A program made the position numbers and the translations under genes. Source: a virus (taxonomy: Duplodnaviria; Caudoviricetes). From it: DNA of 45,972 bases. Each line of letters begins with the position of its first letter. Position 1 is the first letter of the stretch. Below the pieces are notes generated by a model. The model saw only the letters and a program-made list of their open reading frames with translations. It was not told the origin of the DNA and ran no database searches. This document shows, in pieces, positions 10,120-18,728 of the stretch. Where the stretch lies: positions 1 to 45,972 of IMG/VR virus record IMGVR_UViG_3300048852_000126. The stretch is one strand, 5' to 3'.

Positions 10120-10619
10120 TCCCCGCGTTCTTGCGATGGAGAGGCAAATCGCACGGTCCAACGAACCCGCACTTGGAGAAGCGCCAAATTGGCCTGTATC
10201 GCAACTCCATCTTTGAAGGCGCCGAAGAGTTAGCAAAGAAGCACGATTTCGATGGCGCACTAGGCGGCTATCTTGCCGTCCTCTACATCGACGAGAACGG
10301 TCCCAGAAACGTTGCAAAATGGGCAGATGGTCGAATCTACGACTTAGACGAGCCGTGCCTACGACACGAGCACCCTTCGCGCGCTCCAGGGATTTTCCGC
10401 CGATGTGCGAAGTGCGTTAACTATTCCGGCGTTGCTTCCGCGGACATTCGCCAACGGTTCATTGTGGCAGCCGCGCGTCAATTCGAGGCGCTTCGCCACT
10501 TGGGCAAAATATTGTCTCCTGAGGAGGCCTGGGAGAGAGTTGAGCCAATCCTTCAAGAGTATATTGCCACAGGAACCAAGTGGCGTCCTCGCGTGAGGCG
10601 AATGCCCGCTAAATCCTGA
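10116..10619 (+). CDS. Antisense accessory hypothetical protein
   Basis: ATGA-coupled to previous gene; lower GC; about 167 aa. Confidence 0.65.
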   Translation: MIPAFLRWRGKSHGPTNPHLEKRQIGLYRNSIFEGAEELAKKHDFDGALGGYLAVLYIDENGPRNVAKWADGRIYDLDEPCLRHEHPSRAPGIFRRCAKCVNYSGVASADIRQRFIVAAARQFEALRHLGKILSPEEAWERVEPILQEYIATGTKWRPRVRRMPAKS

Positions 10620-10860
10620 CGCTCGGGTCATTGAGGGTGACCGACAGGATCATCTGTTCGGCCTGCTCCCATTCCGCGTCGCTGACCTGCTTTGGCTTGT
10701 CCTTCTCGCGCCGCTTCTCCAACTCTCGCAACATCGTCACGATCTGATAGAGCGACATCGTTTCAAGCGCGCGCGGGTCTACGCCGAAGTCTAGGAGGGC
10801 TGCACGATAGGCGCCGAAGTTGGTTCTTTCGCCGGGCTCCCCCCGGCTGGAGCTTCCCCC
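10609..10860 (-). CDS. Tail assembly chaperone frameshift extension (gpT-like)
   Basis: -1 frame open across chaperone end (ERTNFGAYRAALLDFGVDP...); slippery GGGGGAA at 10860-10854. Confidence 0.7.
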   Translation of the reverse strand, partial: GGSSSRGEPGERTNFGAYRAALLDFGVDPRALETMSLYQIVTMLRELEKRREKDKPKQVSDAEWEQAEQMILSVTLNDPSVRI

Positions 10861-11210
10861 GGTTCGATATCCTCGAACCCGTGCATCACCGCCTTCAGGA
10901 CAGCTTGGGCGACGCTCTCCGGACTGTTCGGCCCCGATACCAGAGGCATGCCCGGCCTTTCCCGCCCGATATACATGTCGGTCAGGCGCTTCGCCTCGAT
11001 CGCCCCCATGCCGCCACCGATGAGCCCGAGCCGCACCGTGTGATAAAGGTCGCCCCAGAACCACACCCCCAGCGACACGCGCTGGTAGATGGCCCCGAAG
11101 CCGACCTTGCCACAGACCTGCTCGAGCTCCTCGATTTCCTTCCCCTTGAGAGCGAAGAGGTACTCCCCATCGCCCCATTCAAGGGTGATTTCAGCCTTTG
11201 GGTTGCCCAC
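10791..11210 (-). CDS. Tail assembly chaperone (GTA-type, gpG-like)
   Basis: 139 aa after tail tube; 'ITLEWGDGEYLFAL...VRLGLIGGGM' motif. Confidence 0.85.
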   Translation of the reverse strand: MGNPKAEITLEWGDGEYLFALKGKEIEELEQVCGKVGFGAIYQRVSLGVWFWGDLYHTVRLGLIGGGMGAIEAKRLTDMYIGRERPGMPLVSGPNSPESVAQAVLKAVMHGFEDIEPGEAPAGGSPAKEPTSAPIVQPS

Positions 11211-11218
11211 GCCTCACC

Positions 11219-11938
11219 TCAAGCCGCTACGACGGCCAGGGACTTGGCCGACTGGCTGTTGATGCTGCCCGAAACGTTGGTAGCGGTCTCGACGACATGG
11301 AGCTGCTTGCCCACATCGCCCGCGACCGGGGTGTAGCTAACCGTGGTCGCGCCCGTGATGGCGATCCCGTTGGCGAACCACTGGTATGTGAGCTGCGGCG
11401 TGCCGCTGTAGGTGCCGGGAGTGGCGGCGAAGGGAGTACCAACCACCGGGGCAGTCGTCGGGATGGAAACCGGCGTGGTGACGCCAGGAGCCGGCGGGAT
11501 CGACACCCAATCCGGTTCGCCGTCGAAGATGATCGTGCCAGAATTGGTGTAGCGGCCGCGGTCGGTCGATTCCTCCGTGTATTCGGTCAGCATCGCCGGG
11601 GCTTCCCAATAGCCCTGGTTCGGCGCGCCGATGTTGCGGTACCAGCGGACAAGGCGGAGATCCTTGCCCATCGACCATGCGTCCCAGATCGGGAGGGCAT
11701 TGTCGGCAAGGGTGCCGGTGAAGGTCAGCGTCATGCGCTTCGACACAGCATCGATGCCGAGCCAGATGACAGCTTCGGGATCGTCACAGGGCGGCAGTGC
11801 CACGTCATTCGTGTTCGTCGTGACGTTTCGCGTCAGGCCGGTGATGCCGCAAGGGGCCGAGAAGATGCCCGAGCCGACGGGCTCCTCGACAAGAAGCTGC
11901 TGCTGCCCGAACCGGACAGAATAGGTTTCGCGTGCCAT
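11219..11938 (-). CDS. Major tail tube protein with C-terminal Ig-like domain
   Basis: 'FSAPCGITG...PPCDDPE' tube motif; 'TYQWFANGIAITGAT...YTPVAGDVGK' Ig-like motif. Confidence 0.88.
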   Translation of the reverse strand: MARETYSVRFGQQQLLVEEPVGSGIFSAPCGITGLTRNVTTNTNDVALPPCDDPEAVIWLGIDAVSKRMTLTFTGTLADNALPIWDAWSMGKDLRLVRWYRNIGAPNQGYWEAPAMLTEYTEESTDRGRYTNSGTIIFDGEPDWVSIPPAPGVTTPVSIPTTAPVVGTPFAATPGTYSGTPQLTYQWFANGIAITGATTVSYTPVAGDVGKQLHVVETATNVSGSINSQSAKSLAVVAA

Positions 11939-11991
11939 TTCTGGCTCCTTCGATGGTCAGGTTGATGACAGGAGGCTTGCCGAAGGCCGGT

Positions 11992-12414
11992 TCAGGCGGG
12001 GATGGCCGTGATGTTGAACTCGACGACCGCGTGCCAGCGATCGGCCTCGGGCTCGTCGCGCATAATGTTAGTGTTGATCCAGTCGTTCTCGATGATGCCG
12101 AGGTTGCTCGGATCGAATGTCTTCATTCGCTCGACGATGAGCGCGGCGATTCGCAGCGCCTGATCTTCGCCGGCAACGCCCGTTTTGGTCTCGGCGAAGG
12201 CGTGCAGCGTGACCCGAACCGTTGCCCCGTCCCAGCATGTCGCCTCATACGGGCTGGCGATCGGGCTGCCGTAGCGGATATAGGGCCATGTCGGGTTCGC
12301 CGGCACAGCGAGGCCATACATGCGGGCCACAGGGACGATGGCCGTCAGATCGGCGTCGCCCTCCAGATGGCTGATGACGGCGATCTTGAGCGGGCCGGTG
12401 ATGTCAGTTGGCAT
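11992..12414 (-). CDS. Tail terminator protein (DUF3168-like)
   Basis: MPTDITGPLK...WPYIRYG...WHAVVEF; directly upstream of tube gene. Confidence 0.8.
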   Translation of the reverse strand: MPTDITGPLKIAVISHLEGDADLTAIVPVARMYGLAVPANPTWPYIRYGSPIASPYEATCWDGATVRVTLHAFAETKTGVAGEDQALRIAALIVERMKTFDPSNLGIIENDWINTNIMRDEPEADRWHAVVEFNITAIPA

Positions 12415-12694
12415 CGAAGACCACCCGACCATCCTTGCCCACGCGGGCATTGGCCGGCTTCTCGATCACCTCGATCGCACCCGCGGCAAGGCCAGCCTGG
12501 ACGCAAGCCATGGGCTCATAGGCGATCTGTCCCCTCCGGAACGCCTTCATCTTGTTCGGCGCGAAAAGCCAGTCGAACCGGTCGGCCGTGACACGGAACC
12601 AGCGCGAGGTCACGCTCGACACCGCCTGCTTATAGGCCTGTTCGCCGGTCACCTCGGGTTCGGCCGGCTGGGCGGCTTTCTTCGATCGAGACAT
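12404..12694 (-). CDS. Hypothetical phage neck-region protein
   Basis: 96 aa, GGAG RBS, in operon. Confidence 0.7.
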   Translation of the reverse strand: MSRSKKAAQPAEPEVTGEQAYKQAVSSVTSRWFRVTADRFDWLFAPNKMKAFRRGQIAYEPMACVQAGLAAGAIEVIEKPANARVGKDGRVVFDAN

Positions 12695-12697
12695 GGC

Positions 12698-13072
12698 CTA
12701 TTCCTCCGTTGCATCTCGAATGCCGCGCATTTCCCAATAGGCGCGGGCCGGATCCTCGGTGATGCCGTAGAGTTTCCAGCGGCGCCCCTGCGCAATCACG
12801 ATGTCGTCGCTGGTCGGCTTGTCACCGGGAACACCACTCTGCAGGATCAGAAGGCGAACATCCGTGTCGGTGTATCCCGCTTGCTGGCGCATGGCCTCGG
12901 TGCAGGCGTCGACCTGAACCTTTATCGGGACCGGCGGTTGCTCGACGGGAATGACGCTGCCACCTGGCTGGCGCTGCATCACGATCCGGATCAACTGCCC
13001 ATCGCCATAAATCGACGACAGGACAGAACCGAAGATGCTCTGTAGGGCGTCGGTGTCGAGCAGGCCAGCCAT
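12698..13072 (-). CDS. Head closure / head-tail joining protein
   Basis: MAGLLDTDALQ... coupled start; 'DPARAYWEMRG' C-terminus; synteny. Confidence 0.72.
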   Translation of the reverse strand: MAGLLDTDALQSIFGSVLSSIYGDGQLIRIVMQRQPGGSVIPVEQPPVPIKVQVDACTEAMRQQAGYTDTDVRLLILQSGVPGDKPTSDDIVIAQGRRWKLYGITEDPARAYWEMRGIRDATEE

Positions 13073-13542
13073 CAGAAGAACACTCCGGGCCAGCCATATG
13101 CAGGCCCGCACCAGTCCTTGGCGTATGGGCTTGGCCGCACGCCAGAGGACACCATTGCGACACGCGGCCCGCCCTTGTTGAGCCTCAGCAGGAACACGTA
13201 GTAGCGGCCGCACGGGGTGGAATTGAGCCAGTCCAGATATGTGGCTTGCTCACCAGCATCGCGGCGAAACCGGTTCAGGGTGAGCGTCCCAGACTTGATG
13301 CTTTCGAACTCCGCCGCGCCTGTCTTGTGGGACTGGCTGGCCGCATCGGTGCCAAGGCCTTCCAGCGTCATCAGATGGCAGGCAAAGGCGATGATGGCGT
13401 TCTGGTAGTCGCCCGCCGTCCATGACTGGTCGACGACGCGGCCCGCCATGTCGAGATACATCTGCACCGTCTCATCTGCCACTGCCGAAAACTGCGGCTT
13501 GGCCGTCTTGAACTGTGCCGGCGTGACAGGTTCGTAGGCCAC
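13072..13542 (-). CDS. Head-tail adaptor (DUF4054-like)
   Basis: 'FKTAKPQFS...ACHLMTL...WLNSTPCGRYY' motif. Confidence 0.8.
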   Translation of the reverse strand: MAYEPVTPAQFKTAKPQFSAVADETVQMYLDMAGRVVDQSWTAGDYQNAIIAFACHLMTLEGLGTDAASQSHKTGAAEFESIKSGTLTLNRFRRDAGEQATYLDWLNSTPCGRYYVFLLRLNKGGPRVAMVSSGVRPSPYAKDWCGPAYGWPGVFF

Positions 13543-13544
13543 GA

Positions 13545-13835
13545 TCAGCCCTCCAGGGCGGCGTCGATGCGCTTCTGCAGTTCCGCGGCGTCCCAGCCCA
13601 TGAAGGGCTTCTTGCCGGTCACTTCGGTGTAGTCGGCGCGAAGGCGGGCGAGATCGTCGGCGGGCTGCTGGTCGGCACTCTCGCGGATCTCGAAATACCC
13701 GAGTTGCCGATAAAGCGGCAGATGCAAGGGGTCGACCTCGACCGTGATTTCGCCGCGCGCTGGCAGCCGTGCCGTCGTCCCGTCCTTGAGGCGGATGTCA
13801 TACGGGCTGTTCACGAGGTTCTTGATGGTGTGCAT
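13545..13835 (-). CDS. Hypothetical virion-associated protein
   Basis: GGAG RBS; MHTIKNLVNSP...GKKPFMGWDAAEL. Confidence 0.7.
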   Translation of the reverse strand: MHTIKNLVNSPYDIRLKDGTTARLPARGEITVEVDPLHLPLYRQLGYFEIRESADQQPADDLARLRADYTEVTGKKPFMGWDAAELQKRIDAALEG

Positions 13836-13858
13836 CGCCGTGTCTCCGGTGAGGTGAA

Positions 13859-13884
13859 GCGGCCCCAGCAAATGCCGGGGCCGC
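13859..13884 (-). terminator. Stem-loop downstream of major capsid gene
   Basis: GCGGCCCCGGCA-TT-TGCTGGGGCCGC hairpin; weak U tail. Confidence 0.5.
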
Positions 13885-13904
13885 AAACGCTATAACGGCG
13901 CCGA

Positions 13905-14921
13905 TCAGGAAGCCGGCGGCACTGGCGTGATGCCGTCGAGGTAGCGCATCGACAGGGGCCGCTTGACGTCCACCGGGCCGGTACGCGAGATGCCGGGCAC
14001 AACGTAGTTCAGAGGGCCGTCCTGGTACGTCGGCAGGAACCGGAACGGCATCGGAAGCGGAAGCTCGAGCACGTCCTGGCTGTTGCGGTAACCGATGCCA
14101 CGACCGCCACCGGCTACCCCGACCGTTGCCGCCTTCGACAGTTCCGCAAGGTCGCGGATCATGAGGGGTCGACCGGTGCGGAGCGTGTAGACGTTCGTCT
14201 CCATCACATACTGCAGGATCGACTTGCCGGGGCTCGTGACGCCATAGGGCGTGCCGGCGATGTACCGGTAGGCGAGCGACGGCAGCAGCACCGTATCCGC
14301 GAGCGTGCTCGTCAGCACCTGATCCGGGTTCGCGATGGGACCCATGATCAGGATGTTGATGTCGCGGACGATCTGCTCCGGGGTTTTGTTGCCGACGCCC
14401 GTGTTCAGCACCCATGCCGTCTGCGGCGCAGAGGTTCCGTCGTTGGGGGCGGCGGTCGGGGTGATGTACTGGCTGTTGAGGAGACCGGTCCACTTCTTCA
14501 CGGCCGATCCGAACAGCACGTTGTTCCATAGGAACTCCTCGGAGGCCCGGCGGGCGGCTTCGGCACGGCGATTGGTCAGGGGGAAACCCTGGAAGGCCGC
14601 CTTGCCCAACTCCTCGATGTTCCACTGATAGCCAACGGCGTACATGTCGAAGCTGGTCGACACCATGGCGAGGGTCGTATCGGCGAGCGGGATGTCCTTG
14701 GCATAGCCGGACTGCCATTCCGCCTTACCGACGATGTCGCCGATCAGGGTGTCGACGCCGGACGCCCACTCCGGATATTCCCGGTTGATCGGCACGAGAG
14801 CGGCATAATCCATCTCGGGATATTCGATCTCGTAGATTCGGGCATTGAGCACATGGCTCTGCTGACGCGCGAAGCTGAAGACCAGCGCCGGATCAGCGTC
14901 AAAGATATTGAAGGGCTGCAT
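13905..14921 (-). CDS. Major capsid protein (DUF2184 family)
   Basis: 338 aa; 'IYEIEYPEMDY...WTGLLN...RPLSMRYLDGI'. Confidence 0.9.
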   Translation of the reverse strand: MQPFNIFDADPALVFSFARQQSHVLNARIYEIEYPEMDYAALVPINREYPEWASGVDTLIGDIVGKAEWQSGYAKDIPLADTTLAMVSTSFDMYAVGYQWNIEELGKAAFQGFPLTNRRAEAARRASEEFLWNNVLFGSAVKKWTGLLNSQYITPTAAPNDGTSAPQTAWVLNTGVGNKTPEQIVRDINILIMGPIANPDQVLTSTLADTVLLPSLAYRYIAGTPYGVTSPGKSILQYVMETNVYTLRTGRPLMIRDLAELSKAATVGVAGGGRGIGYRNSQDVLELPLPMPFRFLPTYQDGPLNYVVPGISRTGPVDVKRPLSMRYLDGITPVPPAS

Positions 14922-14979
14922 GGGAGCAAAGTTCCTTGTGAAAGACTTCAGCCTGGCGGCGTTCTGTCAGAGTTGCGGA

Positions 14980-15453
14980 TCAGGGTGCGGGCGGAGCGGC
15001 CGGGATGCGGCGGAGCCGGATCAGCACCAGGTCGCCATCGGCAGCAGCCGCGCTGTCGAACTCGGCGTTCGGGATCAGCGTGTTGCTGGTGGCCGTGCTG
15101 GTGTATTTGCCCGAGGCGGCGATCCAGTAGACCGGCGTACCAGCCGTGCAGGCGCCACCAGCAAGAGCCCAGATCACGCCGCTCTCCATCACTGGGACGT
15201 TGTAGCCCTCGGGATAGGTATCGGCGCCGATCGTTACGTCGGCTTCGGTGAGGCCACGGAAAACACCGGTGCCGTTGTACTTCTTCACCTGCTCGCCTGC
15301 GGTGCCTCGCATGACGGGCTGAGCGAAGCCGATGGGATTGGCGGCCGTGTCTTCGGCGAGACCGGTGAGGCCGTTCCACTCCTCCATGTTCTGACGGCGG
15401 CCGACGGCCCCCGGTGCCATGGAGGTCGGAATGGAAGTCTGAAGCGGAGGCAT
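14980..15453 (-). CDS. Capsid decoration/cement protein
   Basis: 157 aa between protease and capsid; AGGAG RBS. Confidence 0.78.
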   Translation of the reverse strand: MPPLQTSIPTSMAPGAVGRRQNMEEWNGLTGLAEDTAANPIGFAQPVMRGTAGEQVKKYNGTGVFRGLTEADVTIGADTYPEGYNVPVMESGVIWALAGGACTAGTPVYWIAASGKYTSTATSNTLIPNAEFDSAAAADGDLVLIRLRRIPAAPPAP

Positions 15454-15470
15454 ATCCGTCTTCTCCTATG

Positions 15471-15493
15471 AAAAAGCCGCCTCAGAGGGCGGC
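15471..15493 (-). terminator. Intrinsic terminator-like hairpin inside late operon
   Basis: GCCGCC-CTCTGA-GGCGGC followed by TTTTT on minus strand. Confidence 0.65.
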
Positions 15494-15521
15494 ATGTTGC
15501 GGGAGGATGGAGAGGCGGCGC

Positions 15522-16637
15522 TTACGCCGACTTCTTGCGATCGAACCGGGCGAGGTACGCGGCGTGTGCGTCCTTCTCGGCCTTTGCCGCGTCCGACACG
15601 TTCGCCGACGTCCGGAGATGCGTGATCGCATCGCGGAGCTGGTCGCCGCCCTTGATTTCCTCGGCGAGGATGTCGAAACGGGCATCGACATAGGCCTGCG
15701 GCTTGTCCTTGATGGCTGCATCACCAAGCTTCGCGACCACGGCAGCCTTGCGGATATCGTCGTCCGACTTGCCGTCTGTGGCGATGCTCGGCGCGATGGC
15801 CTTGGCCTTGGCGATCAGATCGGCACGAGCTGCCACCTTCGCGTCGAGCGCAGCACCGTCGAGGATCTTGCCCTTGAGGCTGTCGATTTCGGCATCCTTC
15901 TTGGCGAGTTCGCTATCCTTGGCCGCGATGGCGGTCTGATAGGCCTTTTCGGCATCGGCAAGCTTGGTCAGGAGCGAATCCTTGTCCTTGGTCAGCTTCT
16001 CGATCGCCTGGGCGCCCTGGTCGGTCGTTTCGACCGACAGGCCGTCCACCAATACAGTGCGAAGTTTGTCGGTCATGGACCGGTTTCCTTTCTTGTCGTC
16101 ACCGATCTTAAGGTTGGAACCGCCCCTCGCAGCGGTGACGACCGCGAGGTGGTTCATTCGGAGAGTGCGCTGCACAGCGTCGTAGGGCTGGCCGTCCGGC
16201 GTGACGCCATCGGTGAACTGCAGATCGGTCGAATAGCCCATGGAGAGTTCGCGCTTGCCGTTCTCGACGGCTGCGATGGCATCGGCGTCCATGAGGACCA
16301 GGGGCACGCGGACAAATTCGCCGTCCCGCGCCACCTCCCCGCCGGTCTGTCCGACCGCGTACCGTTTCCAGTTGTCGGCCGTAACGGCCTCGCTGGGGTG
16401 ATCGATCGTGACGGGGCGGAACGCATAGGAGTGGAGCGCGTCCTTGCTGAACACCTCCTCCTCGGGCCTATAGACACGCACCACGGCCTTGTCGCGCAGG
16501 CCGTGCTTGTTCTCGGGGTCGACCTCATAGCCGGCATAGGCCTGGATGCCCGTGCGGGCGACCCTGGCATCAGCCACGAGATATCCGTCGCTGGTCCGGC
16601 GAACGCCGTCCAGCGTGATCTTGTCGGTGAGGAGCAT
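15522..16637 (-). CDS. Prohead protease/scaffold (DUF2213 family)
   Basis: 'VARTGIQAY...RPVTIDHP...RELSMGY...NHLAVV..ARGG' plus coiled-coil C-terminus. Confidence 0.9.
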   Translation of the reverse strand: MLLTDKITLDGVRRTSDGYLVADARVARTGIQAYAGYEVDPENKHGLRDKAVVRVYRPEEEVFSKDALHSYAFRPVTIDHPSEAVTADNWKRYAVGQTGGEVARDGEFVRVPLVLMDADAIAAVENGKRELSMGYSTDLQFTDGVTPDGQPYDAVQRTLRMNHLAVVTAARGGSNLKIGDDKKGNRSMTDKLRTVLVDGLSVETTDQGAQAIEKLTKDKDSLLTKLADAEKAYQTAIAAKDSELAKKDAEIDSLKGKILDGAALDAKVAARADLIAKAKAIAPSIATDGKSDDDIRKAAVVAKLGDAAIKDKPQAYVDARFDILAEEIKGGDQLRDAITHLRTSANVSDAAKAEKDAHAAYLARFDRKKSA

Positions 16638-16645
16638 GGAAGCCT

Positions 16646-17500
16646 CTAGCTGAGCGTGATGCTCGTGATGACGCCATTGGCGACGGTGAGCGTGGCGGTG
16701 GTCGTGTAGGTTCCGGTGACAGGCACGGTGAGCGCATCGCCGTCCGACACGATCGCGTCCGTGGCGTTGACCAACGGGAACGGCTGCCAGGCGCCCTGAT
16801 CGACTGCGAGCGTGATGCCTACGGTCTTGCCTCCTGCCGTCACCTGCGCAGGGGCGGCATTGATGGCTATCTTCGTGGTGGAGTTGGCAAGCTGGACATT
16901 CCCAGCATTGCCGCTCACCCGAGCGACACCTGCCACCTGCCCTCCGCCAGAGCCGTAGTCGAGAACATCGATGCTGTCGGCGCCATCCTGAATAACGGCA
17001 TAGTTCTGAGGGAGCCCGACATTCTCGAAGGTGTTCGTGTTGGCCGGCACATTCGCCGTTCCGGTGGCCAACATCCCGGTATTGTCGGCTTTGGAGATGA
17101 TGACACTGGCGCCGTTGCCGACCACGTCGTTCTGCGCCGGAAGGCGAACAGCGGTCAGAAATCCTTCATTAACGAACGCAGACCCGTTACCCCGGCTGTC
17201 ATCGCTGGCGTTCCAGATGCCAACCGCATCCGAATCTGCCGTCATGGCGACATTCGCAGGCAGGGTGACCGCACCGTCCTCATATGTCCCCTGATAAGAG
17301 GCAGTCGTGCCGTTCGAGGGCTTTACCTCTACCGGGTCGCCGTCCTCGATGATCTCGCCGCCCGCGCCCACGGTGATGGCGACAGCGGACTGCATGGAGC
17401 CATCGGTCGCCACATAGGGCTGCGCCGGCTTCTCCACCACATTGACCGTCGGGACCTGCTGCAGGCCGCCGGCGGTGTCGAGATAGCTGTCTGCCATCAT
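16646..17500 (-). CDS. Hypothetical beta-repeat virion protein (candidate head fiber/spike)
   Basis: About 284 aa, acidic, G/A/V/T/N-rich, degenerate ~40 aa repeats. Confidence 0.7.
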   Translation of the reverse strand: MMADSYLDTAGGLQQVPTVNVVEKPAQPYVATDGSMQSAVAITVGAGGEIIEDGDPVEVKPSNGTTASYQGTYEDGAVTLPANVAMTADSDAVGIWNASDDSRGNGSAFVNEGFLTAVRLPAQNDVVGNGASVIISKADNTGMLATGTANVPANTNTFENVGLPQNYAVIQDGADSIDVLDYGSGGGQVAGVARVSGNAGNVQLANSTTKIAINAAPAQVTAGGKTVGITLAVDQGAWQPFPLVNATDAIVSDGDALTVPVTGTYTTTATLTVANGVITSITLS

Positions 17501-17907
17501 CCTCTCCTGATCGTCACGCGCACTGCCTGGGCGACCTTCTGCCCGACTTTCTTCCGGTTCTTCTCGGTCGCGGGCCGCATGAATGGGCGCTCCGCCATCT
17601 TGGACGTGCCGTATTCCAGCGCGGCCGAGTATGGCGCGTTGCTGGTCACATGCACTGTGGGCGGGTTTTGCGCCTCGATGGTGGTCTCGATATTCGTGTC
17701 CAGGGTACCCGTGTCACGGTTCGGCGGCTGGCCAGGGGCGGAGGGCACATGCCCCTTCCCCGACACACTGCCTTGTGTGATCGAATGCTCGGCTTCGAGT
17801 TCTATATCCTGTCCGGCCGAATAGAGCGCCGCCGTGATCTGCTTGGCGGCCTGCCGCATGTTTTGGAGGCGCTTCTTGTGGCGCTCCATCCCCTTCATGC
17901 TCGCCAT
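17497..17907 (-). CDS. HK97 gp10-like tail completion protein
   Basis: 'PPNRDTGTL...YSAALEYGTSKMAERPFMRPA' motif. Confidence 0.85.
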   Translation of the reverse strand: MASMKGMERHKKRLQNMRQAAKQITAALYSAGQDIELEAEHSITQGSVSGKGHVPSAPGQPPNRDTGTLDTNIETTIEAQNPPTVHVTSNAPYSAALEYGTSKMAERPFMRPATEKNRKKVGQKVAQAVRVTIRRG

Positions 17908-18728
17908 CACTCCAACTCCAGAACACCCTTGGCCTTGCATCCGCAGAACGGCGCCATGCCGGGCGGATCGTTCCGCCCGACGTCGCTCGACCAGGCGAAC
18001 ACCTTCCCGTTCCGGGCCAGATGCTCGGGCCGATAGTGCAGCTTTCCACTGTGGCGCCATTCGAAACTGGTCATGCCGACCTGTAATTGCCTTTGCCGAT
18101 CGAGAGCAGACGAGAGCTTTTGCGTCTGATCCATGGCGATGTTCAGCGCCCTGCGCCGTGCCATGCCGGTAGCTTCGGCAATCTCCTTCGCCACCTCTCG
18201 GGCTGGGGTACGGTTCTGCAGGCCGCGAAACACGATGTCGGAAATCCGTCCGCGGGCCTGATCCGATACGTCGCGGACAAGCGCCACGTTGCGCGCGATC
18301 ACATCCTCGATGGTCTCCTCGACGTCACCGGCATGCATCTGAGTGGCGAGGTCAACCTTGGTCGCGTAGAGCAGAGCCGAAACGAACCGTCGCATGTGCC
18401 ATGTCTGCAGTGCATCGGCCCAGGCTTGGAACAGCCCCCGGAACGTGAAGACCGTGCGCACCGCCTCATTGTTGACGGCCTCGATCTCCACCTCGACGTC
18501 ACCGGCTCGGTCAAGTGTCAGCCGATCCACTGCCCTCTGCTCGGCCAAGGCGCGCTCATAGGCGGGCAGGATACGCTCACGGGCTCCCGACACCCACACT
18601 CGCACCGTTCGCACGTAGAGCCGGGCCAGATCATCCCGCTGCGCCTTGGTCGGCTCGATCTGGGGGCCTTCGATGCGCGGGCGCCGAATGCCCTTGGCGC
18701 GAGCCATCCGCGCTAGGTCGATCTTCAT
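17907..18728 (-). CDS. Head morphogenesis protein (Mu gpF / SPP1 gp7-like)
   Basis: 'RRALNIAMDQTQK...FEWRHSG...RPEH...PPG..PFCGC'. Confidence 0.85.
   Translation of the reverse strand: MKIDLARMARAKGIRRPRIEGPQIEPTKAQRDDLARLYVRTVRVWVSGARERILPAYERALAEQRAVDRLTLDRAGDVEVEIEAVNNEAVRTVFTFRGLFQAWADALQTWHMRRFVSALLYATKVDLATQMHAGDVEETIEDVIARNVALVRDVSDQARGRISDIVFRGLQNRTPAREVAKEIAEATGMARRRALNIAMDQTQKLSSALDRQRQLQVGMTSFEWRHSGKLHYRPEHLARNGKVFAWSSDVGRNDPPGMAPFCGCKAKGVLELE

Noticed and set aside
15414-16649. 411-aa plus-strand ORF and similar long antisense ORFs
   Set aside because: Mirror frames of well-supported genes
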